DNA from: Macrostomum lignano
Taxonomy: Eukaryota
DNA: 64,000 bases
Assembly (NCBI GenBank): GCA_002269645.1
Contig: NIVC01000663.1
Span: 1-64,000, forward strand
Reading direction: 5' to 3'
How positions within the stretch are numbered: the stretch's first letter is position 1; every line of letters starts with the position of its first letter. Position numbers and translations under genes: made by a program. Of this stretch, positions 1-11,754 are shown piece after piece. The notes under the pieces are model-generated. The model did no database searches and had not been told where the DNA came from. It was given only the letters and a program-made list of their open reading frames with translations.

Positions 1-370
1 AATTCGATTTTATCAATGGCTTTACACTGGAATCATTTTTAATTAATTATATAGTTGTGTCTTTGATACTGGCTACTTATACGAGTATGGGTAGTGTTTT
101 TTCAGTGTACGGCTTTAGTGTTACACATCTAGACATTGTTTTAAAAGACACTGCCCTCACTTGCAGTCAGCGACGAAGCCACCTGCTCAAATGCGCGCCT
201 CAAGACAAAAAGTGCAACCGGGGTTCGGTTGCTGCTCAGAAAAATTCGCGTAATTTTGAGTTTCCATGACGACTGGATTAATTCAATTTTACTTAACCAG
301 ACATTTATTACAGTTATTGAAAAAGACTGACAAATTCTTATTACATTTCGTGTTTCGTGTCTTTAAGAGG

Positions 371-1162
371 CTCCATCCACATCTCCATCCTCATCTCCAT
401 CCACATCTCCATCCACATCTCCATCCTCACCTCAATCCTCATCTCCATCCTCATCTCCATCCTCACCTCAATCCTCATCCTCATCTCCATCCTCATCTCC
501 ATCCTCATCTCCATCCTCATCTCCATCCTCATCTCCATCCTCACCTCCATCCTCATCTCCATCCTCACCTCAATCCTCATCTCCATCCTCATCTCCATCC
601 TCACCTCAATCCTCATCTCCATCCTCATCTCCATCCTCATCTCCATCCTCATCTCCATCCTCACCTCAATCCTCATCTCCATCCTCATCTCCATCCTCAT
701 CTCAATCCTCATCTCCATCCTCACCTCAATCCTCATCTCCATCCTCATCTCCATCCTCATCTCCATCCTCATCTCCATCCTCACCTCAATCCTCATCTCC
801 ATCCTCATCTCCATCCTCACCTCAATCCTCATCTCCATCCTCATCTCCATCCTCATCTCCATCCTCATCTCCATCCTCACCTCAATCCTCATCTCCATCC
901 TCATCTCCATCCTCACCTCAATCCTCATCTCCATCCTCATCTCCATCCTCATCTCCATCCTCACCTCAATCCTCATCTCCATCCTCACTCCATCCTCACC
1001 TCAATCCTCATCTCCATCCTCATCTCCATCCTCACCTCAATCCTCATCTCCATCCTCATCTCCATCCTCATCTCCATCCTCATCTCCATCCTCACCTCAA
1101 TCCTCATCTCCACCCTCATCTCCATCCTCATCTCCACCCTCATCTCCATCCTCATCTCCATC
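371..1162. repeat. 12-bp minisatellite (CTCCATCCTCAT with CTCAATCCTCAC variants) upstream of the cadherin ATG
   Basis: Direct tandem periodicity; explains the ORFs at 266-1206. Confidence 0.95.
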
Positions 1163-1877
1163 GGCACCATTCTGAGATGAGAAGATACTGCATGGATCTC
1201 ATGCAAAGCAGCTTAAAGTACATGGTTGAACTTTTTTATGATTAAAAAATCAATAGCCACCAGACCCTGATGATCGATGGCCGCTCAAGTTCCAGCACCA
1301 AAGCTTCAAAGCGACTCGCAACGAATGACGTCAAGTTGGTTTGACAGAGGAGCGGAGCAACAGGCTGTCCTAATGAGCCAGCGAGCTCATTTTCATACAG
1401 CTACTCGTAGCCGTAGAGTTTTTCCCTACGCCAGTTGCCCAAGCTCAACACCCACCCCCCACCACGATTTACAAGTTACCAAGCGTCACTGGCTCCAGCT
1501 CTGTGCGACCAGTCAGAATCGTACGAGCCAGCCTACACTCACGACTGAACTGCTCTATTGTCGTCGGGTTAGACTATAGAAAGAGGTGGACAGAATTGGA
1601 GGGGAGAGGGCACTGGGGGGGAGACAGAGAGTAGCTAGCATTGTATTGAACTGCACAGGCAATAACTGCCAACAGCATTGAAACAGCTCAGAACTGATCA
1701 CCCTATAAATCCACAAAACCACGCCCAAAAGTGTCGGGAGGAAAACTTCTTCTTCTCAATAAAATTCTGATTTTCTTTAATAGCTCCTAATTCTGTGACT
1801 CGCGGGAAAATACCTTATAAACATTGTTGACATGTTTTATATTAAGAGTTGAATTTTCACGCGTTATTTTTCACCCA

Positions 1878-1950
1878 ATGACTGAATATTCTTTGAAGAT
1901 TTTGGCGGCAACTGTGGCTCTGCTGCTTGGCGTATTGGGTCTGAGACTTG
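1878..1950 (+). CDS. Cadherin exon 1, signal peptide MTEYSLKILAATVALLLGVLGLRL
   Basis: ATG 1878, basic residue then hydrophobic core, donor GTGAGT at 1951. Phase 1 matches the next exon. Confidence 0.8.
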
Positions 1951-2005
1951 GTGAGTTTAGTTAATTGAGTTTCCAATGTGCATGCTGTTTGGTCTCGATA
2001 AAATG

Positions 2006-2250
2006 GCAATGATGCGGTCCAGTGTTATCTAGTAGTTGCAATGATGCGGTCCAGTGTTATCTAGTAGTTGCAATGATGCGGTCCAGTGTTATCTAGTAGT
2101 TGCAATGATGCGGTCCAGTGTTATCTAGTAGTTGCAATGATGCGGTCCAGTACTATCTATGAGCTGCAATGATGCGGTCCAGTATTATCTAGGAGTTGCA
2201 ATGATGCGGTCCAGTGTTATATAGGAGTTCCAATAATGCGGTCCAGTATC
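2006..2250. repeat. 32-bp minisatellite GCAATGATGCGGTCCAGTGTTATCTAGTAGTT, about 8 copies (intron 1)
   Basis: Unit starts at 2006, 2038, 2070 and onward. Confidence 0.95.
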
Positions 2251-2322
2251 AAGGACGAATAACAGTCCTTAACATGACAGAATCTCACCTAATCTACTTT
2301 AAACCCGATCGGGCGCCCGCAG

Positions 2323-2696
2323 CCGCGGCAACCTGCATCCAGCAGACAGCCACGGTGGCTGAGAACACGCCAGTCGGCGCACTGATCGCTCCGTTCTCAA
2401 CCGCTCTGCCGGCAGGTTTCACGTCAAGCATCAGCTACCCTGACTCGGAAACCACTGAGCAGTACTCCTGCTACTTCTCCATCAACAGCACAGGTTTGCT
2501 CATGAATCGCATTGTAGACTTGGAGAAGCCGACCTCCTGCAAAGCTGACCGATCCAACATCACCGACATGCGGCTGGTGCAGCTGACGGTGCAGTGCAGC
2601 TCGACTGAGTCCGCCCAGGTCATTGTGCTGTTCTCGCCTGTTGACGAGTTCAAGCCCTACTTTATAAGCTCGATATATTCGTTCAACTTGTCGGAG
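2323..2696 (+). CDS. Cadherin exon 2 (EC1 and start of EC2)
   Basis: Acceptor CGCAG, TCIQQTATVAENTP...LTVQC...PVDEFKPYF, donor GTAAGA at 2697. Confidence 0.88.
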
Positions 2697-2827
2697 GTAA
2701 GATTTAAATAAGTTGGTAGTTGATTGCTAATTATCAGCTTTGAACTATAGCAATCAGCGATCCCCTCTTTGGGGAGCCAACAAAGAATGAAATAAAAATT
2801 CTTGAATAAACTACATGTAGCTTCTGA

Positions 2828-3050
2828 CCTGACATCTCAGCGATCCTCCCAATAAGCCTTGACATCTCAGCAATCCTCCCAATAAGCCTTGAAATCTCAG
2901 CAATCCTCCCAATAAGCCTTGACATCTCAGCAATCCTCCCAATAAGCCTTGACATCTCAGCAATCCTCCCAATAAGCCTTGACATCTCAGCAATTCCCTC
3001 CAATAAGCCTTGACATCTCAGCAATCCTCTCAATTAGTCTTGACATCTCA
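2828..3050. repeat. 30-bp minisatellite GACATCTCAGCAATCCTCCCAATAAGCCTT (intron 2)
   Basis: Tandem periodicity of 30. Confidence 0.95.
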
Positions 3051-3085
3051 TATTAGCTTTGAACTTTTCACATCTGGAATTCCAG

Positions 3086-3178
3086 GCTACCGCAGTGGAC
3101 TCAATAGTGGTCACGCTCAGAGGCCAAGTCGATGACAAAGACGTGCGAGAGGACAAAGACTTTAATTTCGCCATCAAG
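3086..3178 (+). CDS. Cadherin exon 3 (ATAVDSIVVTLRGQVDDKDVREDKDFNFAIK)
   Basis: TCCAG acceptor, GTGAGC donor, 93 nt, phase 0-0, DxD motif. Confidence 0.85.
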
Positions 3179-3604
3179 GTGAGCAACGCCTTTGATTAAC
3201 GTTCTAAATACTGATAATGTACGTTCTTGCAATTTGCTTATAAGAATCGTCAGAACAATCAATTGATCGAATCCTTAAAATTTCAGTCTACAGTCGTAAG
3301 TATAACTTAAAACTTTTAGCTGACGCCTGTTTAATTAGTAACATTTTTACTAACAAATTTATTACTAATCTTGGCTACAACAGATCTCGAAATAACTGTA
3401 GTTTAACTAAAACTTAGCTTGCGTATACATGGTGTACTTTTACTCTACTGTCATAATTTCGTGTTTATTTTATCGTACAATAACATGCTTGTACTGTTAG
3501 GACTGCTAGCTAATTTCCATTTCAAGGTGCTGGCGTAATTTTTTTTAAATTACTGTTCTACTCTGATAATGCGGTGTATTGATGTGCGAACTGCACCCGT
3601 TACT

Positions 3605-3695
3605 CCTCTGTCGGGCTGCCGCTACCTCACTCGCTTCTCTGTCGGGGTTGCCGCTACCCTCACTCGCTTCTCTGTCGGGGTTGCCGCTACCCTCA
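3605..3695. repeat. 33-bp short tandem repeat, about 2.5 copies (intron 3)
   Basis: CTCACTCGCTTCTCTGTCGGGGTTGCCGCTACC repeated. Confidence 0.8.
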
Positions 3696-3853
3696 ATCGG
3701 TCGTCCTTCTGTGAAAAAGTAGCAACGTTTCATTCTTACTGGTTGAAGTCTTTCAAAATTCAGTTTCCTAATTAACTAATGTAGATTAAATTCTGTGCCC
3801 CGCTGTAAAAATCAGAGAAGCTGACACTGTTAAAAAAATCCGCGCCTTCTCAG

Positions 3854-4102
3854 AGCGGCGTCACCAGTTTCTTCACCATGGAGAAAGACGGCCGAACATC
3901 CGGGATCCTCAGGGTGAATCGAACTCTGGACTACGACGCCGGGCCTGACCATCGGCACTTCCTGCTTAACATATCGGCCACGCCGTTAACCCCGACGCTG
4001 GGTCACGTGGCCTACACCTCTGTGCGAATTGACATTGTTGACTTTGACGACTTGAGTCCGCAGTTCTCGCATGACACCTACAGGCTGGCCTTTGTGGAGA
4101 AT
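3854..4102 (+). CDS. Cadherin exon 4 (EC2/EC3)
   Basis: CTCAG acceptor, GILRVNRTLDYD...DIVDFDDLSPQF, donor GTGAGG. Confidence 0.9.
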
Positions 4103-4147
4103 GTGAGGCTGGGACTGGGCTCGGGTCAGACTGCAGGTTTAACAGGG

Positions 4148-5345
4148 GATCACACCTGAACTATTGTAGGGTCACACCTGAACTATTGTAGGGTCACACC
4201 TGAACTATTGTAGGGTCACACCTGAACTATTGTAGGGTCACACCTGAACTATTGTAGGGTCACACCTGAACTATTGTAGGGTCACACCTGAACTACTGTA
4301 GGGTCACACCTGAACTACTGTAGGGTCACACCTGAACTATTAAAGGGTCACACCTGAACTATTATAGGGTCACACCTGAACTATTATAGGGTCACACCTG
4401 AACTAATATAGGGTCACACCTGAACTATTAAAGGGTCACACCTGAACTAATATAGGGTCACACCTGAACTATTAAAGGGTCACACCTGAACTAATATAGG
4501 GTCACACCTGAACTATTATAGGGTCACACCTGAACTATTAAAGGGTCACACCTGAACTAATATAGGGTCACAACTGAACTATTATAGGGTCACACCTGAA
4601 CTAATATAGGGTCACACCTGAACTATTAAAGGGTCACACCTGAACTAATATAGGGTCACACCTGAACTATTATAGGGTCACACCTGAACTAATATAGGGT
4701 CACACCTGAACTATTATAGGGTCACACCTGAACTAATATAGGGTCACCCCTGAACTATTATAGGGTCACACCTGAACTATTATAGGGTCACACCTGAACT
4801 AATATAGGGTCACACCTGAACTATTATAGGGTCACACCTGAACTAATATAGGGTCACACCTGAACTATTATAGGGTCACACCTGAAGTAGTATAGGGTCA
4901 CACCTGAACTATTATAGGGTCACACCTGAACTAATATAGGGTCACACCTGAACTATTATAGGGTCACACCTGAACTATTATAGGGTCACACCTGAACTAT
5001 TATAGGGTCACACCTGAACTATTATAGGGTCACACCTGAACTAATATAGGGTCACACCCGAACTATTATAGGGTCACACCTGAAGTAGTATAGGGTCACA
5101 CCTGAACTATTATAGGGTCACACCTGAAGTAGTATAGGGTCACACCTGAACTATTATAGGGTCACACCTGAACTATTATAGGGTCACACCTGAACTAATA
5201 TAGGGTCACACCTGAAGTAGTATAGGGTCACACCTGAACTATTATAGGGTCACACCTGAAGTAGTATAGGGTCACGCCTGAACTACTATAGGTCACACCT
5301 GAACTATTATAGTATTACACCTGAACCTCTGTAAGGTCACACCTT
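4148..5345. repeat. 22-bp minisatellite GGGTCACACCTGAACTATTATA, about 54 copies (intron 4)
   Basis: Tandem periodicity of 22. Confidence 0.97.
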
Positions 5346-5399
5346 AACTTTTATTCTTGATTTTATATATCATTTGACCTCTAAATGACCCGACCACAG

Positions 5400-5502
5400 G
5401 ACAGCAGCATTATTAACGTCTCTCTGGCTACAACACCAAGATTACTAGCCAGAGACATGGACTTCGGAATTAATCAAACGGTACTCTACAAAATTCAGTC
5501 GG
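5400..5502 (+). CDS. Cadherin exon 5 (DSSIINV...LARDMDFGINQTVLYKIQS)
   Basis: CACAG acceptor, GTGAGT donor, phase 0-1, AxDxD motif. Confidence 0.88.
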
Positions 5503-5729
5503 GTGAGTACATATCACAATTCGATTATCGATGATTTTCCTTTAATTCATACTGTATGGCATCAAAATGTTTTTATGAATCACTCGCACTTCAGACTCGT
5601 ACCGTTCACCTGGTAATCTCAAGTTTCACTTTCTAATTCTCGATCGCGATATTAATAATTTGTGAAACTTTCATGACGGATTTAGTAACTGTGATTGTCG
5701 CCTTATTTTAATTAATGTCTCTATTCTAG

Positions 5730-5768
5730 CTTCTGGACCAGCTAACCTGAGTACCACTGGTTTGCTGA
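5730..5768 (+). CDS. Candidate 39-nt cassette exon (ASGPANLSTTGLL) in EC3
   Basis: Acceptor ...CTCTATTCTAG, donor GTAAGA, phase 1-1, no stop, skippable without frameshift. Confidence 0.55.
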
Positions 5769-6040
5769 GTAAGACTTGATGGTTGTTTTATCGTTTTCTT
5801 TCTGGTGAATAAATCATTATTATCTTCTATTTTCTTGCGTTGGTAAATTATTGTTAAACCACTTTAAAGCTCACTTTCAGGGAGGTTATTGATATAGATT
5901 TTATTTTGCGGGATTTAATCGATCACTTTCCCAGACATATTGCAAGGATTATTGTATGTATCTAAATAAGCCAGCTTCTCTCTTCTTTTCTTTCTAGACT
6001 CGAGAAATTCTTCATTAAATTTTGTCTATGGTAAGAATGT

Positions 6041-6723
6041 GGGGGCTTCGCCCCCACACCCCAGCAGGGGCTTCGCCCCCACACCCCAGCAGGGGTTTCG
6101 CCCCCACACCCCAGCAGGGGTTTCGCCCCCACACCCCAGCAGGGGCTTCGCCCCCACACCCCAGCAGGGGTTTCGCCCCCACACCCCAGCAGGGGCTTCG
6201 CCCCCACACCCCAGCAGGGGTTTCGCCCCCACACCCCCAGCAGGGGTTTCGCCCCACACCCCCAGCAGGGGCTTCGCCCCACACCCCCAGCAGGGGTTTC
6301 GCCCCCACACCCCCAGCAGGGGTTTCGCCCCCACACCCCAGCAGGGGCTTCGCCCCCACACCCCCAGCAGGGGTTTCGCCCCCACACCCCAGCAGGGGCT
6401 TCGCCCCCACACCCCCAGCAGGGGTTTCGCCCCACACCCCCAGCAGGGGTTTCGCCCCCACACCCCAGCAGGGGCTTCGCCCCCACACCCCCAGCAGGGG
6501 CTTCGCCCCCACACCCCCAGCAGGGGTTTCGCCCCCACACCCCAGCAGGGGCTTCGCCCCCACACCCCCAGCAGGGGTTTCGCCCCCACACCCCCAGCAG
6601 GGGTTTCGCCCCCACACCCCAGCAGGGGCTTCGCCCCCACACCCCCAGCAGGGGTTTCGCCCCCACACCCCCAGCAGGGGTTTCGCCCCCACACCCCAGC
6701 AGGGGCTTCGCCCCCACACCCCC
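6041..6723. repeat. 25/26-bp GC-rich hairpin minisatellite GGGG(C/T)TTCGCCCCCACACCCCAGCA, about 27 copies
   Basis: Tandem periodicity; each unit has a GGGGC-TTC-GCCCC-type inverted repeat. Confidence 0.95.
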
Positions 6724-6736
6724 ATCCCCAACTTCA

Positions 6737-6922
6737 ACCATAGACATACAAGTATGGCTCCGGGATTTATCTGAATACATCCCGCAAAATTAAAGTAGTT
6801 TAAATAAGATATTCTATGGGTTTAAGGTTGGTATGTGATTAAATCCCGAGAGCCGAAGGGTCACACACATTGAATTTAATCCAAGATATGCTTACTAAAG
6901 TAGTGGAGCTTTTGTCTATGGT
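6737..6922. mobile_element. Possible MITE-like element with 10-bp terminal inverted repeats ACCATAGACA...TGTCTATGGT
   Basis: ACCATAGACA 6737-6746 and TGTCTATGGT 6913-6922; a third copy of TGTCTATGGT at 6023-6032. No TSD established. Confidence 0.3.
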
Positions 6923-7274
6923 AGCAAGGCTGCAGCAAAAACAAAAAGAGATAAAAGAGGGAACTAAAACGCGTGTTTTAGGTGTCCCTGTTCAATGCGT
7001 GTAGACACAAATGGGCTGCAAAATGCTATGTATAGTTTAGTCATGGACAACTGCAGTACAAGGACGCTATGCTCGAATTTCTTAGATTTTAAGTTTCTTA
7101 AATTTAAAATAGGAATTAATTTTAAAAAATTTGAATTAACAATGGTTGCTGTCTTGTAGTCCGGACTAGGGGTTCTAGCCGAAAAATGATGTCTTTAGAA
7201 AGTCAAGAATCATAGTTTAAAAAATGAAACGAATGTACTTTAAGATTAACCCCGTGACGTCACCTTTGCCACAG

Positions 7275-7393
7275 GCGCCAGCCTGTCCGGCCAGCCGTTC
7301 CTGCAAATCGATCAAGCGACCGGCGAGTTCAAAGTGATTCGAATTTTTGATCGAGAGGCGCTGAGCTCGAATGAAATTCTACTGCAAGTGAAG
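7275..7393 (+). CDS. Cadherin exon 7 (FLQIDQATGEFKVIRIFDREAL)
   Basis: CACAG acceptor, GTGAGC donor, phase 1-0, DRE motif. Confidence 0.9.
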
Positions 7394-7429
7394 GTGAGCT
7401 CGGCTACACGGCTGTCTGGGAGTCTGTGG

Positions 7430-7925
7430 TGTCTGTTTTTGAGTCTCTAATGCCTGTCCTTGAGTCTGTAATGCGTGACTTTGAGTCAGTAATGCTGTTT
7501 TTGAGTCTATAATGCCTGTCTTTGAGTCTGTAATGTCTGTCTTTGAGTCTGCATTGTCTGTCTTTGGGTCTGTATTATCTGTCTTTGAGTCTGCATTATC
7601 TGTCTTTGAGTCTGCATTGTCTGTCTTTGAGTCTGCATTGTCTGTCTTTGAGTCTGCATTGTCTGTCTTTGAGTCTGCATTGTCTGTCTTTGAGTCTGCA
7701 TTGTCTGTCTTTGAGTCTGCATTGTCTGTCTTTGAGTCTGCATTGTCTGTCTTTGAGTCTGCATTATCTGTCTTTGAGTCTGCATTGTCTGTCTTTGAGT
7801 CTGCATTGTCTGTCTTTGAGTCTGCATTGTCTGTCTTTGAGTCTGTATTGTCTGTCTTTGAGTCTTTATTGTCTATATTAGAGTCTGTAATGCCTGTTTT
7901 ATGAGTCCGTAATGCCTGCCTTGGA
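7430..7925. repeat. 21-bp minisatellite TCTGTCTTTGAGTCTGCATTG (intron 7)
   Basis: Tandem periodicity of 21. Confidence 0.95.
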
Positions 7926-8554
7926 GCATGTCAATAACGTCAACCCCAGTTCTGTCTATTAGACTGTCATATCATTCTCATGCATCGTCAAGTTTGCTTT
8001 AGTGACATTTATCTGCAAGCCAAACAAACTTTCATTAGCAAAAGTAGAAGATTGCAGTGAAGCCGTGACTCTCCCCTTTCTTACTGCGGGTCAGCAAGAA
8101 TTGAGCTGAAGTGTGACCCGAAGCAGCTGGAAAATTGACACAAACTCTCTGCAGTTCAGTCCCGGTGGGCGGGGCGAGACCATGCCAGGGAGAGACAAAA
8201 GAAGCTTTAAGTAGTTTTTTGCCTCCGACATTGTCGCACAGTTCTGGCTGTGCCACCCCCCCCTTGACAGCAATAAAAAAGCAACAGAAATGAATAAGCA
8301 GAAAGCGAAAGCAGACAGTAATGCATCGGGCTGTGAAGTACTTTGTGCCAATAAGACTGAATAAGATATGAGAAATGTGAGCCGACGGGTGGAGCTTCTG
8401 GCAAATATGAGCTCGATAAGTGCCAGTCAACTGCCTACTTAGGTAAACTGATAACAGAAAGCAACTCCTCATTGAGCTGAATGAGACGACCGCAGATATT
8501 AATATCTCAAATCTAAATTTGGCATTTTTCTCCACTCCTAAAATGGAGCACTTT

Positions 8555-9519
8555 TCTCCCCTAACTAAACTGGGCATTTATCTCCCCCTAGCTAAACTGG
8601 TCATTTATCTCCCCCTAACTAAATCTCCCCCTAGCTAAACTGGTCATTTATCTCCCCCTAACTAAATCTCCCCCTAGCTAAACTGGTCATTTATCTCCCC
8701 CTAACTAAATCTCCCCCCTAGCTAAACTGGGCATTTATCTCCCCCTAGCTAAACTGGTCATTTATTTCCCCCTAGCTAAACTGGTCATTTATCTCCCCCT
8801 AGCTAAACTGGGCATTTATCTCCCCCTAGCTAAACTGGGCTTTTATCTCCCCCTAGCTAAACTGGTCATTTATCTCCCCCTAACTAAATCTCCCCCTAGC
8901 TAAACTGGGCATTTATCTCCCCCTAGCTAAACTGGTCATTTATCTCCCCCTAGCTAAACTGGTCATTTATCTCCCCCTAACTAAATCTCCCCCTAGCTAA
9001 ACTGGGCATTTATCTCCCCCTAGCTAAACTGGGCATTTATCTCCCCCTAGCTAAACTGGTCATTTATCTCCCCCTAGCTAAATCTCCCCCTAGCTAAACT
9101 GGTCATTTATCTCCCCCTAGCTAAACTGGGCATTTATCTCCCCCTAGCTAAACTGTTCATTTATCTCTCCCTAACTAAATCTCCCCCTAGCTAAACTGGT
9201 CATTTATCCCCCCCTAACTAAATCTCCCCCTAGCTAAACTGTTCATTTATCTCCCCCTAACTAAATCTCCCCCTAGCTAAACTGGTCATTTATCTCCCCC
9301 TAACTAAATCTCCCCCTAGCTAAACTGGGCATTTATCTCCCCCTAGCTAAACTGGTCATTTATCTCCCCCTAGCTAAACTGGTCATTTATCTCCCCCTAG
9401 CTAAACTGGTCATTTATCTCCCCCTAGCTAAACTGGTCATTTATCTCCCCCTAGCTAAACTGGTCATTTATCTCCCCCTAGCTAAACTGGTCATTTATCT
9501 CCCCCTAGCTAAACTGGGG
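8555..9519. repeat. 27-bp minisatellite TAGCTAAACTGGTCATTTATCTCCCCC with interspersed 16-bp truncated units (intron 7)
   Basis: Tandem periodicity of 27/16. Confidence 0.95.
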
Positions 9520-9709
9520 ACTTTTCTTATCTGACTAAATTGGAGACTTTTGGATAATTTTTAAGAAGTCTTAAGGAATTTTGAGAGGATTATTTTTAGA
9601 CATTCTCAATGAATATTTCAAGGGAATTCTTAATGAATCTTGGGAAATTAATCACCGAATTCTCTTTGAGTATGCCCTCAATCCCTAACAACCCCACCTT
9701 GTTGCCAAG

Positions 9710-9886
9710 GCCTACCAAACCGACAAGCCCAACACCCGCATCGCCCTGGCAACGGTGATTGTCACTGTGCTCGACAAGAACGACAATCGGCCAGTGATTG
9801 TCCCGACGAATGTGAGTGCCACCATTGCGGAGAACTCGGCTGCGGGCACCTACGTGACACGGCTGAGTGCCAGCGACTTGGATGTG
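9710..9886 (+). CDS. Cadherin exon 8 (VLDKNDNRP...AENSAAGTYV...ASDLDV)
   Basis: CCAAG acceptor, GTGAGA donor, phase 0-0. Confidence 0.9.
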
Positions 9887-9907
9887 GTGAGAGTGCAGGG
9901 GCTGCAT

Positions 9908-11130
9908 ATCCAGCCACAGATTATTGATTTGTGTAGAGATCCAGCCACAGATTATTGATTTGTGTAGAGATCTAGTCAAAGATTAATGATTTGTGTAGAG
10001 ATCTAGTCACAGATTATTGATTTGTGTAGAGATCTAGTCACAGATTATTGATTTGTGTAGAGATCCAGCCACAGATTATTGTTTTGTGTAGAGATCTAGT
10101 CACAGATTATTGATTTGTGTAGAGATCCAGCCACAGATTATTGATTTGTGTAGAGATCTGGCCACAGATTATTGATTTGTGTAGAGATCCAGCCACAGAT
10201 TATTGATTTGTGTAGAGATCTAGTCACAGATTATTGATTTTTGTTGAGATCTAGTCACAGATTATTGATTTGTGTAGAGATCTAGTCACAGATTATTGAT
10301 TTGTGTAGAGATCTAGTCACAGATTATTGATTTGTGTAGAGATCTAGTCACAGATTATTGATTTGTGTAGAGATCCAGCCACAGATTATTGATTTGTGTA
10401 GAGATCTAGTCACAGATTATTGATTTGTGTAGAGATCCAGCCACAGATTATTGATTTGTGTAGAGATCCAGCCACAGATTATTGATTTGTGTAGAGATCC
10501 AGCCACAGATTATTGTTTTGTGTAGAGATCTAGTCACAGATTATTGATTTGTGTAGAGATCCAGCCACAGATTATTGATTTGTGTAGAGATCTGGCCACA
10601 GATTATTGATTTGTGTAGAGATCCAGCCACAGATTATTGATTTGTGTAGAGATCTAGTCACAGATTATTGATTTGTGTAGAGATCTAGTCACAGATTATT
10701 GATTTGTGTAGAGATCTAGTCACAGATTATTGATTTGTGTAGAGATCCAGCCACAGATTATTGATTTGTGTAGAGATCTAGTCACAGGTTATTGATTTGT
10801 GTAGAGATCTAGTCACAGATTAGTGAGTCAGGTGTAGAGATCTAGTCACAGATTAGTGAGTCAGGTGTAGAGATCTAGTCACAGATTAGTGAGTCAGGTG
10901 TAGAGATCTAGTCACAGATTAGTGAGTCAGGTGTAGAGATCTAGTCACAAATTAGTGAGTCAGGTGTTAGTTGATCTAGTCACAAATTAGTGAGTCAGGT
11001 GTTAGTTGATCTAGTCACAGATTAGTGAGTCAGGTGTTAGTTGATCTAGTCACAGATTAGTGAGTCAGGTGTTAGTTGATCTAGTCACAGATTAGTGAGT
11101 CAGGTGTTAGTTGATCTAGTTACAGATTAG
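9908..11130. repeat. 31-bp minisatellite grading into 33- and 35-bp variants (intron 8)
   Basis: AGATCTAGTCACAGATTATTGATTTGTGTAG units to about 10800, then AGTGAGTCAGGT-containing variants. Confidence 0.95.
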
Positions 11131-11172
11131 CAAGCCTACAGATTATCAGATGAGCCACATCACCTCCCACAG

Positions 11173-11301
11173 AACTCTACAGTTGAGTTTTTCCTCTCGG
11201 ACCCGACCGGCGCATTTCAAATTGACTCGAACTCAGGCGTGGTCACAGTTCGAAACTCCACCTTATTGGACAGGGAATCTGTGCCAAGCTTCAGCTTTAT
11301 C
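11173..11301 (+). CDS. Cadherin exon 9 (AFQIDSNSGVVTVRNSTLLDRES)
   Basis: CACAG acceptor, GTGAGT donor, phase 0-0. Confidence 0.9.
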
Positions 11302-11754
11302 GTGAGTTGCTAGCCTGCCTACCAATTATTTCTTATCCCTCTATCCATTGAGATGTTGAGCTGGGTGGCTGAGTACAGGGCAGGGAACACTGGGCCGCGG
11401 GCTGTTTGCTCAACTGCTGGGGATCTCAGTGTTTACTCTCCCCATGTTCTCAATCGCGGTGGGAGAAACCGAGACCAGTGAGGGGATTTAGCAAGCGCTG
11501 CAACGTAGAGGCGCTCGAGACTGCTTTGTGTGAGACAGAAATGCTAGCGGTTGCTATTGGCAACGATTTGAGTCAACACGGGGTAAGTTGACGAGAGAAT
11601 TCCCGTGTTGAGAGCGAGGAATTTTGGGCCCAGTGAGTCAAAACATGAAGCGGAAATGGTGGGGCGCTTCGAAACATTTTATAACAGGCAATAAAATTGT
11701 AATTACGATCGATAGAAAGTATGGGTCTTATGTTGCTCCACACGAACCTATGCC

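Noticed and set aside
266-1206. Long ORFs (His-Pro, ISIL, MRME repeats) and similar repeat-derived ORFs at 5962-6780, 7507-7904, 13591-14130, 32076-32651, 49040-49777, 55507-56378, 59899-60471 and 62856-63693
   Set aside because: All are translations of tandem repeats lacking stops in some frames. They lie in introns or intergenic DNA and have no splice or phase link to the gene.
8035-8577. 180-aa minus-strand ORF in intron 7
   Set aside because: No recognisable motif, starts inside a repeat edge, composition not coding-like; possibly decayed transposon DNA but unsupported.
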